49,550 nucleotides of DNA, from positions 1-49,550 of the IMG/VR virus record IMGVR_UViG_3300025600_000024; one strand, written 5' to 3'. The translations under genes and the position numbers were made by a program. Source of the stretch: a virus. Its lineage: Duplodnaviria; Caudoviricetes. The notes under the pieces are model-generated. The model was not told the origin of the DNA. It worked only from the letters and a program-made list of their open reading frames with translations, and did no database searches. Shown here one piece after another: positions 24,018-33,049 of this stretch. Position 1 is the first letter of the stretch; each line of letters begins with the position of its first letter.

Positions 24018-25374
24018 TTACCAGCGTTATTGTATCAACCAACTAATTATCAATAAAAATGTAGCCCTGTGGCTTGACATGGGCTGACTGGGCTTAGGCA
24101 AAACCTCCATCACCTTGACAGCTCTTAACGATTTGAAATATAACCGGTTCGCCATTAACAAAACTTTAATCATCGCCCCTAAGAAAGTGGCGCAGGGAAC
24201 CTGGACAAAAGAACAGCAAAAATGGAGTCACCTGAGCATGTTGAGATTACAGATTGTTTTAGGGTCCCAGGCAGCACGATTGAGAGCATTAAATACCCCG
24301 GCAGACATTTACATTATTAACCGGGAAAATGTTCAGTGGCTGGTGGAGCATTATGAAAATGCCTGGCCGTTTGACACCGTCGTGATCGATGAGGCATCCA
24401 GTTTTAAAAATCACCAGGCGAAACGATTTAAAGCTTTGAAAAATATCAGGCCAAAAATTAACCGGCTGTTTGAGTTAACCGGGACGCCAGCACCCAAAGG
24501 TTATATTGATTTATGGGCCCAGGTGTTTCTATTAGATCAGGGTGAACGATTAGGAAAGAATATTACCGCCTATAGAGACCATTATTTTGATCATGAAAGC
24601 TATGGTTTTGGATATAACATCAAAGCCGGAGCCGAAGAGATCATTCGGGATAAGCTGCAGGGATTGTGTATTTCCATGAAATCCGAGGATTATCTGCAGT
24701 TACCGGATGTAATCATTGATGACATCCCGGTGATCCTGGAAGGTAAGGGAAAAACATCTTACAAGGAAATGGAAAAGAAAATGATTTTAGAGGTGGATCT
24801 TGGAACCATCGTGGATGCTACCAGTGCCGCCGTGCTGTCAAATAAGCTTCAGCAATTATGTAATGGGGCAATTTACGACGAGGACCACAATGTTCATGAG
24901 ATCCATGACAGTAAGATTGAGCGGTTCCTTGAGTTAATAGAGGAGCTAAACGGAAAACCGGTGATTGTGTTTTATAGTTTCAAGCATGATCTGGATCGGA
25001 TCAAGAAAGCCCTGGCTAAAAGTAAACTAACCATAAAGACTTTCAAGACCTCCCAGGATGAAGATGACTGGAACGCTGGAAAGATTGATGTTCTGTTGGC
25101 ACATCCGGCTTCCACTGCTTATGGTCTTAATTTACAGGATGGCGGGAATCATATTATCTGGTTCGGCCTGAATTGGTCCCTGGAATTGTACCAGCAGGCA
25201 AACAAACGGCTGCACCGCCAGGGACAACAACAAAAGGTCATTATTCACCGCTTAATTGTCGAAGGTGGCCGTGATGAAGACATCGCCAATGCTTTGGAAG
25301 AAAAGAATGTCACTCAAAAAAGTCTGCTTGAAAGTCTAAAAGCTCGAATAGAAAAAATTAAAGGGGAAAACTGA
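23995..25374 (+). CDS. SNF2/DEAD-like helicase interrupted by an in-frame TGA (24085-24087) inside Walker A; recoded or pseudogene
   Basis: GAGGAGGTG RBS, then MSVFKPHDYQ...LWLDMG*LGLGKT in the same frame as ORF 24115..25374 (IDEAS, LTGTP, GLNLQ, QANKRLHRQGQ). Confidence 0.85.
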
Positions 25375-25375
25375 A

Positions 25376-25702
25376 ATGAAAAAATTAATGATTGGTGAAG
25401 TTGTGGAATTGACAACAGACGTGATGACTGAAACGGCGTTATCTGGGAATGAAAAAACATTTAAAAAAGGAACGCGGGTAACTATAAATTCTAATGATTG
25501 CGTTGTTTACCCGGACGGCGGAATGCAGAAAATCGGTTTTGAGCATGAATTAAAGGGATACGATAACCGGGCAATTGCCGAAAGAATTTTTAAATATCTT
25601 GATATAAGGTTAGAGGTAGACGAATGGCTGGAAGGATTTGAAATAACTAAAGAAAATGTTGTTGATGTAATTGAAGAAGCACTTGATGATATTTTATTCT
25701 AA
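25376..25702 (+). CDS. Hypothetical protein
   Basis: 108 aa ORF with RBS. Confidence 0.7.
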   Translation: MKKLMIGEVVELTTDVMTETALSGNEKTFKKGTRVTINSNDCVVYPDGGMQKIGFEHELKGYDNRAIAERIFKYLDIRLEVDEWLEGFEITKENVVDVIEEALDDILF

Positions 25703-25721
25703 ATTAAAGGAGAAATCTAAA

Positions 25722-26216
25722 ATGTATAACAAATCCAAACTTAAAAATTTTATTAAAGCAGCCAGAAAAGCAACGATCAGTTTCAGCAAAGAGCAAGGCT
25801 GGATCCTTGATGGCTATGCCCTGTTTACTTTAAACGACCCAATGATGTTGGAAGTTCTGAAAGAGTTTTTCTTTAAGGCTGACAAACTGTGCATTCTTCA
25901 CGGTAAAGAACAAGGGGAACCCATCGATCCTAAAAAGATTATTCAGGATACCAGAGGTGCCGAAACCTTAGAATTAACACCTTACCTTCACACAGGGCCA
26001 AAATATGAGGCAAGAATTTTATTAGATAAGGATGGATCCGAGATTTGGGTGCAACAGAAATATCTGGATATTCTTGATAAGTGTGACAATTATCAATTCA
26101 CACAAGTAACCTACCCCACCGGACCGGTATATATTATGGATAAGGAAACAATGATCGGGCTGATTTTGCCGATCAAGGTAAATGAAGAACAGGGCTACCA
26201 ATTGGTCAGGAAATGA
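25722..26216 (+). CDS. Hypothetical protein
   Basis: AAAGGAG RBS before ATG 25722. Confidence 0.7.
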   Translation: MYNKSKLKNFIKAARKATISFSKEQGWILDGYALFTLNDPMMLEVLKEFFFKADKLCILHGKEQGEPIDPKKIIQDTRGAETLELTPYLHTGPKYEARILLDKDGSEIWVQQKYLDILDKCDNYQFTQVTYPTGPVYIMDKETMIGLILPIKVNEEQGYQLVRK

Positions 26217-26410
26217 ATTACAAAACATTAATGTGTGATGTGGAAACAGAGATTTTGATTAACAGTTTCTTAAACAGCGATGATCCGGATAAAAGAACGG
26301 TCGCACTGCAGGCGGTCCTGGACAACGAAGCCCACAGTGATTTTTTAGACAATATGATTAAAGGGCATAATGGACAGTCAATCAAACGATTGTTAGAAGA
26401 AGGAGAATAA
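26213..26410 (+). CDS. Hypothetical protein
   Basis: ATGA overlap. Confidence 0.6.
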   Translation: MNYKTLMCDVETEILINSFLNSDDPDKRTVALQAVLDNEAHSDFLDNMIKGHNGQSIKRLLEEGE

Positions 26411-26413
26411 AAA

Positions 26414-26518
26414 ATGTCAACAGCAGCCTTTACTGTATATTTTGTTGTTGGTCTTATCCTTACAATTATTATTTATTATATCCTTTACAGGGATATTAAA
26501 AAACACAGAGGAGAATAG
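26414..26518 (+). CDS. Small single-TM peptide (34 aa; not in ORF track)
   Basis: AAGGAG RBS; MSTAAFTVYFVVGLILTIIIYYILYRDIKKHRGE. Confidence 0.6.
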   Translation: MSTAAFTVYFVVGLILTIIIYYILYRDIKKHRGE

Positions 26519-26519
26519 T

Positions 26520-26711
26520 ATGGTTGAATATTTTCAGATATGGGGCATGCCGCTGCTAATATTTCTTGTAAGTGGGTTTTGCCTGGGACTAGCAGCACAA
26601 GACCACCAGAAAAAGCATTATTTCCGTTTTGGGATAATGTTTGTGTGGGGACTTCTTTTATTCTTAGAGGGGGTAGCCCAGTTAGTTTTGAATTTGTGGG
26701 CGGCAAAATGA
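26520..26711 (+). CDS. Small two-TM membrane protein
   Basis: GAGGAG RBS before ATG 26520. Confidence 0.6.
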   Translation: MVEYFQIWGMPLLIFLVSGFCLGLAAQDHQKKHYFRFGIMFVWGLLLFLEGVAQLVLNLWAAK

Positions 26712-26929
26712 TGAGTTTTTACATGCGGGAGATTAATAAAGAAATAAAAAGATTGGCGGATGCTATTCTTAGAGGTTTGTTTGCAAACACTGGACGATTA
26801 AGACCAAAAAGAAAAGCAACACACTTGGACAAACCAAAATTTAAAAGTGCTTTAAAAAGTAATTTCAAACCAGACTATAAAAGAAAAATGTGCTGCACCG
26901 GGAGCAAAGGAAATTACAGGAGATATTAA
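26708..26929 (+). CDS. Basic hypothetical protein
   Basis: ATGA overlap at 26708. Confidence 0.5.
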   Translation: MMSFYMREINKEIKRLADAILRGLFANTGRLRPKRKATHLDKPKFKSALKSNFKPDYKRKMCCTGSKGNYRRY

Positions 26930-27027
26930 TGAATTTGATCTGTGAAAAATGTCCGAATTATGATGGGAATATTTATATCTGTATTTTCAAATGTTTAGCA
27001 AAAAATAAACGAAAGAAGGGTTGAAGC

Positions 27028-27171
27028 ATGGTAGATTTATTTTTCAAGGTTTTAGCATTCACTGGGATTGTGGTTTGCGCGGGAATATGCGGTGTTATGG
27101 TTATGTTAGTCGCTGGCGGGATTGTGGGTTATAAAAAATACTTGAAAGAATCAAAGGGAGATAAAAAATGA
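27028..27171 (+). CDS. Small single-TM peptide (47 aa; not in ORF track)
   Basis: MVDLFFKVLAFTGIVVCAGICGVMVMLVAGGIVGYKK...; overlaps next start (ATGA). Confidence 0.55.
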   Translation: MVDLFFKVLAFTGIVVCAGICGVMVMLVAGGIVGYKKYLKESKGDKK

Positions 27172-27719
27172 CAACATCAGAAATATTAGCACAGGATGAA
27201 CTTCTAATCATCCAAACAGTTAATCAGGCCATTAAAGAATTGAAAAAATCACGCCTGTTGAATGACGCCGCCAAGACACCTTTCCAGAAAGTGGAATATC
27301 TTTTATATAATTACAGTAATTTTGAAAAAGGCATCCAGAACAAACGGGAAAAGATCACCGACATCAAGAACCATGGCCTGGGCCAGAAGTCCAAGAGCAT
27401 TACTTCCTTTGGAGGCTTTGGGGATAACAAGACCCAGGAAGAAAAAGAGCGGGAGCAGATCCAAGATCTTAGGAAAAGTATCTCGACCACCGAAAAGTGT
27501 ATTGATCTGATTGATGAGGCTTTGAAACATATTGAGCAGGACATTTACAAGGATCTCATAAGGCTGTGGTATTTTGAGGATAAAAAAAGAGAAGATATAG
27601 CTTTGTATTTCGGAGTTGATGAATCTACCATATCCAGAAATAAATCCCGGTTGATCAATAAATTAAAGATTATATTGTTTTCGGATGAGGTTTTAAGAGA
27701 AATCTTTAATGTTTCTTAA
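27168..27719 (+). CDS. Late transcriptional regulator (sigma70 region-4 / ArpU-RinA-like)
   Basis: C-terminal LI.L.YFE....EDIA..FGVDESTISR HTH; last early gene before the packaging module. Confidence 0.8.
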   Translation: MTTSEILAQDELLIIQTVNQAIKELKKSRLLNDAAKTPFQKVEYLLYNYSNFEKGIQNKREKITDIKNHGLGQKSKSITSFGGFGDNKTQEEKEREQIQDLRKSISTTEKCIDLIDEALKHIEQDIYKDLIRLWYFEDKKREDIALYFGVDESTISRNKSRLINKLKIILFSDEVLREIFNVS

Positions 27720-27723
27720 TTTA

Positions 27724-27781
27724 CGTGCAATAACCGTGCAATATTGACGCCCTTGACTGCGCCATTATAAGATGTTAAAAT
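27724..27781 (+). promoter_or_regulatory. Putative late promoter with upstream direct repeats
   Basis: CGTGCAATA x2 (27724, 27735); TTGACT(27753)-17-TAAAAT(27776) with extended -10 TG. Confidence 0.6.
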
Positions 27782-27807
27782 GAGTACAGGTTAAATTATG
27801 AAATAAC

Positions 27808-27837
27808 AGAGGCAGCGGGAAACCGGTGTCTTTTTTT
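27808..27837 (+). terminator. Terminator-like hairpin
   Basis: AGAGGCAGCGG-GAAA-CCGGTGTCT + T-run. Confidence 0.6.
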
Positions 27838-27885
27838 AATGCCCCGGTTGAAATTGCTGATAGTTGGTAAAAAAATAAGACCTGT

Positions 27886-28053
27886 TTATTTAACAGGTCT
27901 TTTGTATTTGGCCAGCAGATCTTCAACGGCTTCATCTAAAAGTTTGGACAGCGGTATTTTTGATTCTTTCGACAATGCTTTGAATTCCAGGTGCAGATCC
28001 TTATCAATTGCATTGGAAAAAGCCGTTCTTGTTTTTAGATCTTTGTTTGACAT
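27886..28053 (-). CDS. Ribbon-helix-helix (RHH/CopG-like) regulator, 55 aa (not in ORF track)
   Basis: MSNKDLKTRTAFSNAIDKDLHLEFKALSKESKIPLSKLLDEAVEDLLAKYKRPVK; GAGGTG RBS; own terminator 27877-27901. Confidence 0.85.
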   Translation of the reverse strand: MSNKDLKTRTAFSNAIDKDLHLEFKALSKESKIPLSKLLDEAVEDLLAKYKRPVK

Positions 28054-28070
28054 ATTTATCACCTCGACTT

Positions 28071-28122
28071 ATTTTAACATATTTATAAAGTCCTTGCAAG
28101 TCCTTGGACATTATGTTATAAT
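28071..28122. promoter_or_regulatory. Divergent promoter pair sharing a palindromic -35, with tandem operator
   Basis: TTGCAA 28094-28099; +strand TATAAT 28117 and -strand TAAAAT 28076-28071, both 17-nt spacers; AAGTCCTTG x2 at 28088 and 28098. Confidence 0.7.
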
Positions 28123-28147
28123 ATTAAGTAAGAAATGAGGTGTTCCC

Positions 28148-28339
28148 ATGTCAGATAAAACAGTTAAAAAGAGCAAGGCAGATGACCAGAAAAAATCTCC
28201 GGAAATGCATAATGATGTAAATTTTATAGGCATCGTCGATGATTCGGCGGAATACACCATTGAGGATTTTGCAAGCATTATGAAGCCCGGAGAAGTATCC
28301 AAATATAAAGCGGAACCAATTAAACCAAAGAAGACCTGA
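28148..28339 (+). CDS. Hypothetical moron protein
   Basis: GAGGTG RBS, own promoter and terminator (AAGACC..GGTCTTTTTT 28331-28352). Confidence 0.6.
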   Translation: MSDKTVKKSKADDQKKSPEMHNDVNFIGIVDDSAEYTIEDFASIMKPGEVSKYKAEPIKPKKT

Positions 28340-28378
28340 GAGGGTCTTTTTTAATGCCTTGAAAGGAGGTGGCGTTAT

Positions 28379-29086
28379 TTGACAGAAAAACAGAAACGAT
28401 TCGCGGATGAATATTTGATTGATCTTAACGCCACCAGGGCGTATAAGGCAGCTTATCCCAATGTGAAGAAGAATGAGACAGCAAAGTCCGCCGGAAATAG
28501 ATTGTTGACAAATGTTGACCTAAAAAAATATGTTGATGAGCGGATCAAAGACCGTGAAAAGCGAACAGAAATAACACAGGACAATGTTTTAAAGATACTT
28601 TGGAGAATCGCAACAGCAGATCCAAATGAGATTATCAATCTGAGTCGTGTTTGCTGCAGACACTGTTACGGCATTAATTTTCATTATCAGTGGGTCAACA
28701 AACAAGAGTATGATGGTAGTATGGTTTTAAGGATTAAAGAAGATAAGCCTGAACCAATGGATATTGGGGGGTATGGATTTAATCCAAAGCGCAAACCAAA
28801 CAATGATTGCCCTTATTGTTTTGGTGACGGCCATTTATCACGGAACATCAGTGATACCAATGATTTAAGCGAACAGGGGAAGGCTCTTTATGCGGGGTTC
28901 AAAGAAACACAGGCGGGCCTTGAAATAAAGATGAAAGACCAAATGAAAGCTTTGGAGCTAGTTGGAAGGCACTTAGGCATGTTCACTGATAAGATCGAGC
29001 ATTCTGGCGGCATCACAGCAAATAACCCATTTGAAGAACTTACCAAAGAGCAGCTATTGAAATTAGCTGGTGAAGGCAGTGGATAA
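28379..29086 (+). CDS. terS: Terminase small subunit (with Cys-rich insertion)
   Basis: LTEKQKRFADEYLIDLNATRAY, KALELVGRHLGMFTDK; AAAGGAGG RBS. Confidence 0.93.
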   Translation: MTEKQKRFADEYLIDLNATRAYKAAYPNVKKNETAKSAGNRLLTNVDLKKYVDERIKDREKRTEITQDNVLKILWRIATADPNEIINLSRVCCRHCYGINFHYQWVNKQEYDGSMVLRIKEDKPEPMDIGGYGFNPKRKPNNDCPYCFGDGHLSRNISDTNDLSEQGKALYAGFKETQAGLEIKMKDQMKALELVGRHLGMFTDKIEHSGGITANNPFEELTKEQLLKLAGEGSG

Positions 29087-30461
29087 AGAAATTATCAAAC
29101 TGTTGGCTCAATGTGAGTTAGCTCGTAGAGAGTTCTTTTTTTATTGCCAGTTAAAAGCCCCCAACTTTTATAAACCGGACAGAACTTTTCTGGCCGATCT
29201 ATGTAATGACCTTCAAGAATTCATCGAATCGGATGAAGATGTTGCCATTGTAAATGAACCACCACGTCACGGGAAAAGCAGAACAGCCGGTAATTTGGTT
29301 GAGTGGGTTGTTGGGAAGAACAACCAAAATAAAGTCATGACAGGGTCCTATAATGAAACCCTATCAACCGTGTTCTCAAAAAATGTCAGGAATACCATTC
29401 AAGAAGTAAAGGCAGATCCGTTGAAGCCTGTTTTTTCGGATGTGTTCCCGGGTGTAAAAATAAAACGCGGTGACGGGGCTATGAACCTATGGAGCTTGGA
29501 AGGTGGGTATAACAATTACCTAGCCACATCCCCCGCAGGTACCGCCACTGGTTTTGGCTGTAACATCATGATCATTGATGATTTGATTAAATCATCATTG
29601 GAAGCAAATAACACGATGGTGCTGGAAAAACACTGGGAATGGTTCACGAATACAATGTTGTCGCGGTTGGAAGAAGGCGGAAAGATAATTGTCATCATGA
29701 CAAGGTGGCACAGTGAGGATTTGGCAGGAAAGATCCTTAATTGGTGCAAAGAGAGTAACAAAAAATATAGGCATATTTGTATGAAAGCGTTAGTTGATAA
29801 AGAAAAAAAAGAAATGCTTTGCCCGGAAATACTGAGCTATGAATCTTATCAAGATAAGATAAGCGCTATGGGTGAAGACATTGCCTCTGCAAACTATCAG
29901 CAGGAACCGATTAATCTTAAAGGTCGGTTGTATAATACCTTTAAAACATACAAAGGTAAATTGCCTGAATTCAAGATGATCAAGAATTACACAGATACCG
30001 CTGATACCGGTGACGATTATTTATGCAGCATCAATTATGGGGTGACCTTCGCAAATGAGGCCTATCTGCTAAGTGTCCTATACACAAAGGCCGCCATGGA
30101 AGAAACAGAACCCAGCACGGCTTTAATGCTTGAAAAAGATAAGGTCAATATAGCAGACATTGAATCCAATAACGGCGGACGTGGCTTTGCCAGGAATGTT
30201 GACCGGTTAATAAAAACAAATATAACAAAGGTCCAGTGGTTCCACCAATCTAAAAACAAGATTGCCAGGATCCTGACAAATGCCACATGGGTTATGAATC
30301 ATGTATATTACCCGGAAAATTGGAGAGATCAATGGCCAGAGTTTCACGATTCCATGATCAGATACCAAAGAGAGGGCAAAAACAAACATGATGATGCCCA
30401 GGATACAATTACCGGCATTGCAGAAAAGATAGAAAACGGTGCTGTATTCAGTTTTGACTAA
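29070..30461 (+). CDS. terL: Terminase large subunit
   Basis: PPRHGKS Walker A, IIDD, MTRWH..DL.G, DTA..G.D, HDDAQD. Confidence 0.95.
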   Translation: MKAVDKEIIKLLAQCELARREFFFYCQLKAPNFYKPDRTFLADLCNDLQEFIESDEDVAIVNEPPRHGKSRTAGNLVEWVVGKNNQNKVMTGSYNETLSTVFSKNVRNTIQEVKADPLKPVFSDVFPGVKIKRGDGAMNLWSLEGGYNNYLATSPAGTATGFGCNIMIIDDLIKSSLEANNTMVLEKHWEWFTNTMLSRLEEGGKIIVIMTRWHSEDLAGKILNWCKESNKKYRHICMKALVDKEKKEMLCPEILSYESYQDKISAMGEDIASANYQQEPINLKGRLYNTFKTYKGKLPEFKMIKNYTDTADTGDDYLCSINYGVTFANEAYLLSVLYTKAAMEETEPSTALMLEKDKVNIADIESNNGGRGFARNVDRLIKTNITKVQWFHQSKNKIARILTNATWVMNHVYYPENWRDQWPEFHDSMIRYQREGKNKHDDAQDTITGIAEKIENGAVFSFD

Positions 30462-30513
30462 AATACCTTTAGGGTGTTTTTTTTTACATTAAATTTAGAA
30501 AGGAGGCCACACC

Positions 30514-32004
30514 ATGATAATAAGTGAAACATCCCTGATTAATTCGATCATAACAGAGGGCGCGAAAAAGGTCATTAGTGACTTAAGATTCCTTGAATTA
30601 GAGATCTGTAAATGGAAAACATCCCCTACCCGATTGATGCAGATTGCCGGAGAAAAATATTATGGAAATCTGCATGATATCTTAGACCGAAAGCGAACAG
30701 TCATCGGAGCCGGTGGTATATTAACTGAAGTAACCAACCTCCCAAATAATTTAATAATCGACAATCAATATGCAAAGGTTGTGGATCAGAAAGTTAATTA
30801 CCTGGTTGGTAAACCATTTACAATTTCTAGCAAAAACAAACTCTATGATGCTATATTACAAGAGTATTTCGGAAAAGCATTCATGAGAACGGCAAAGAAT
30901 GTTGTCGAGGACTCCTTAAATCAGGGGGTCGGCTGGCTATATGTTTATTATGACGATAAGGGAAACATAGCCTTTAAATGCATTGAAGCCTATGAAATCA
31001 AACCATTCTGGTCGGACAGTGAACATAATATCCTTGAATGTGCTGTGAGGTTGTATTCGGTTGAAGTGTATAAAGAAAATGAAACCGTGGAAGTGGTTGA
31101 AAAGGTTGAGGTTTATTCTACTGGCGGCATTGATCGTTATATTCTAGAAACCGGGCGACTAATCCCGGATGTGGACAACCCCCACAGTAATTATTTTAAG
31201 GTTGGCGAAATTGATTATAACTGGGATAATATCCCGCTTATCTGCTTTAAATCAAACAGTAAAGAAATGCCGTTGATCAAACGGGTTAAGAGCTTACAGG
31301 ATGGCATTAATCTCATGTTGTCCGATTTTGAAAACCGAATGCAGGAGGATGCCAGAAACACGATCCTAGTCCTTGAGAATTACGATGGTGAAAACCTAGG
31401 TGATTTCCGGAGTAACCTTTCCCAGTATGGAGCTGTGAAAGTCCGGACCTCTGATGGTGGTAAAGGTGGCGTATCTACCCTAACCGTTGAGTTTTCATCC
31501 GAGAACTTCCAGGCTATCCTGAAACTATTTAAAAGTGCGCTCATTGAGAATGCCCGGGGTTATGATGCTAAAGATGATCGAATGTCCGGCAATCCCAACC
31601 AGATGAACATTCAAAGTATGTATTCTGATATTGACCTGGATGCAAACGGAATGGAAACGGGATTTAAAGCAGCCTTTGAAGAAATATTATCCTTTGTTAA
31701 TGCCCACTTAAAAACATCAAAAAAAGGTGATTATCTGAAAGAAGACTTTGATCTGACCTTTAACCGCAGCGCCTTAATCAATATCAGTGAGTTAATTGAT
31801 AATTGTAAGAAGTCCGTGGGCATGATCTCCACTAAAACAATCTTGAAAAACCACCCAATGGTTGAGGATGTGGAAAAAGAGATGACAACTATGGCCGCTG
31901 AAAAGAAAAAGGATCTTGAAGATTATGGGGCCTTTCCCCTAGAAGCTGCAGGAGGTGTTGGCAATGCCCCAGGAACTGGCAACGCTGCAACGACTACAGA
32001 ATAG
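30514..32004 (+). CDS. Portal protein (SPP1 gp6-like)
   Basis: 496 aa after terL; VDQKVNYLVGKP, Y.D.DL.AN motifs. Confidence 0.92.
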   Translation: MIISETSLINSIITEGAKKVISDLRFLELEICKWKTSPTRLMQIAGEKYYGNLHDILDRKRTVIGAGGILTEVTNLPNNLIIDNQYAKVVDQKVNYLVGKPFTISSKNKLYDAILQEYFGKAFMRTAKNVVEDSLNQGVGWLYVYYDDKGNIAFKCIEAYEIKPFWSDSEHNILECAVRLYSVEVYKENETVEVVEKVEVYSTGGIDRYILETGRLIPDVDNPHSNYFKVGEIDYNWDNIPLICFKSNSKEMPLIKRVKSLQDGINLMLSDFENRMQEDARNTILVLENYDGENLGDFRSNLSQYGAVKVRTSDGGKGGVSTLTVEFSSENFQAILKLFKSALIENARGYDAKDDRMSGNPNQMNIQSMYSDIDLDANGMETGFKAAFEEILSFVNAHLKTSKKGDYLKEDFDLTFNRSALINISELIDNCKKSVGMISTKTILKNHPMVEDVEKEMTTMAAEKKKDLEDYGAFPLEAAGGVGNAPGTGNAATTTE

Positions 32005-33049
32005 GAAAAAACAGGCAAAATATTGGACTAATCGATTTACCCAACTGGAAGCGGCTCAACATGCCAAAGGAATTGAGTATTATGCCACTTTGGAGAAGGA
32101 ATTCAATAAAGCGGCTATCAATGCCGATAAAGAGTTAGGGGCCTGGTATTCCCGATTTGCCAAGAATGAGGGTATCACATTTTCAGAGGCTAAGATAGCT
32201 CTTAATAAACGTGATTTAAAAGAGTTTCGAATGAATGTTGATGAGTACATTGAAAAAGGTAAAACCCTCAATTACTCCGATGAATGGAAAAAGGAATTAG
32301 AACGGGCCTCTGCCAAGTTTCACGTGACCCGGCTGGAAGCCCTGAAACTGCAAATGCAGCAGCAGGTTGAAATGGTTTATGGTTATGAACTCGATACCTT
32401 TGATTTGGTTATGGCCGATATGTATAAAAGCGGGTATTATCAAACGGCTTTTGAGATTCAGAAAGGTTTTAGTATTGGATCCGACCTCATGAGACTGGAT
32501 GATAACAAGATAGCCAAACTTTTGGCAAAGCCCTGGGCGCCCGATGGGACAAACTTTTCAAGCAAGATCTGGAAACATAAAAAGCAGCTCATGACAGAGA
32601 TGCCCACCATTCTTACCCAAGGCATGATCCGGGGCGATTCATACAAACAGATGACTGAAAAGATTATGGAGCGATTTGGAGTGAGTGAAAGAAAAGCGCA
32701 GAACCTTGTTGTCACAGAATCAGCATTCTTTAGTTCTGAATCACAGAATGATTGTTTTGCTGATTTAGGTGTTGAAAAATATGAGATCATAGCCACCCTG
32801 GATTCCAAGACAAGTCAGATTTGTAGACACCTGGACGGTGAAATCTTTGATATGAAAGACCGAAAATCCGGCATTACTGCCCCACCATTCCACGGACGAT
32901 GCAGGACCACAACAGCCCCAACGTTTGACGATGAGTTTGAAATAGGAACTATGAGAGCCGCCAGAGACAAAGATGGTAAAACGATCATGGTCCCGGCAAA
33001 TATGAAATACGAGGACTGGGAAAAGAAATTTGTGAAAGAAGGTGTGTAA
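31964..33049 (+). CDS. Minor head protein (SPP1 gp7/MuF family)
   Basis: ATLDSKTS.IC..LDG, APPFH.RCR.T, MKYEDW; GGAGG RBS before ATG 31964. Confidence 0.92.
   Translation: MPQELATLQRLQNRKKQAKYWTNRFTQLEAAQHAKGIEYYATLEKEFNKAAINADKELGAWYSRFAKNEGITFSEAKIALNKRDLKEFRMNVDEYIEKGKTLNYSDEWKKELERASAKFHVTRLEALKLQMQQQVEMVYGYELDTFDLVMADMYKSGYYQTAFEIQKGFSIGSDLMRLDDNKIAKLLAKPWAPDGTNFSSKIWKHKKQLMTEMPTILTQGMIRGDSYKQMTEKIMERFGVSERKAQNLVVTESAFFSSESQNDCFADLGVEKYEIIATLDSKTSQICRHLDGEIFDMKDRKSGITAPPFHGRCRTTTAPTFDDEFEIGTMRAARDKDGKTIMVPANMKYEDWEKKFVKEGV

Noticed and set aside
24085-24087. Genome-wide TGA reassignment or selenocysteine
   Set aside because: TGA is a normal stop elsewhere (e.g. 948-950, many ATGA overlaps), other genes are uninterrupted, and Sec makes no sense in a Walker A motif.
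24115-25374. TTG 24115 as the true helicase start
   Set aside because: No RBS, and the product would lack the Q-motif and Walker A encoded in frame upstream.
27839-28138. 99-aa plus-strand ORF
   Set aside because: Antisense shadow of the RHH gene; crosses promoters and a terminator.
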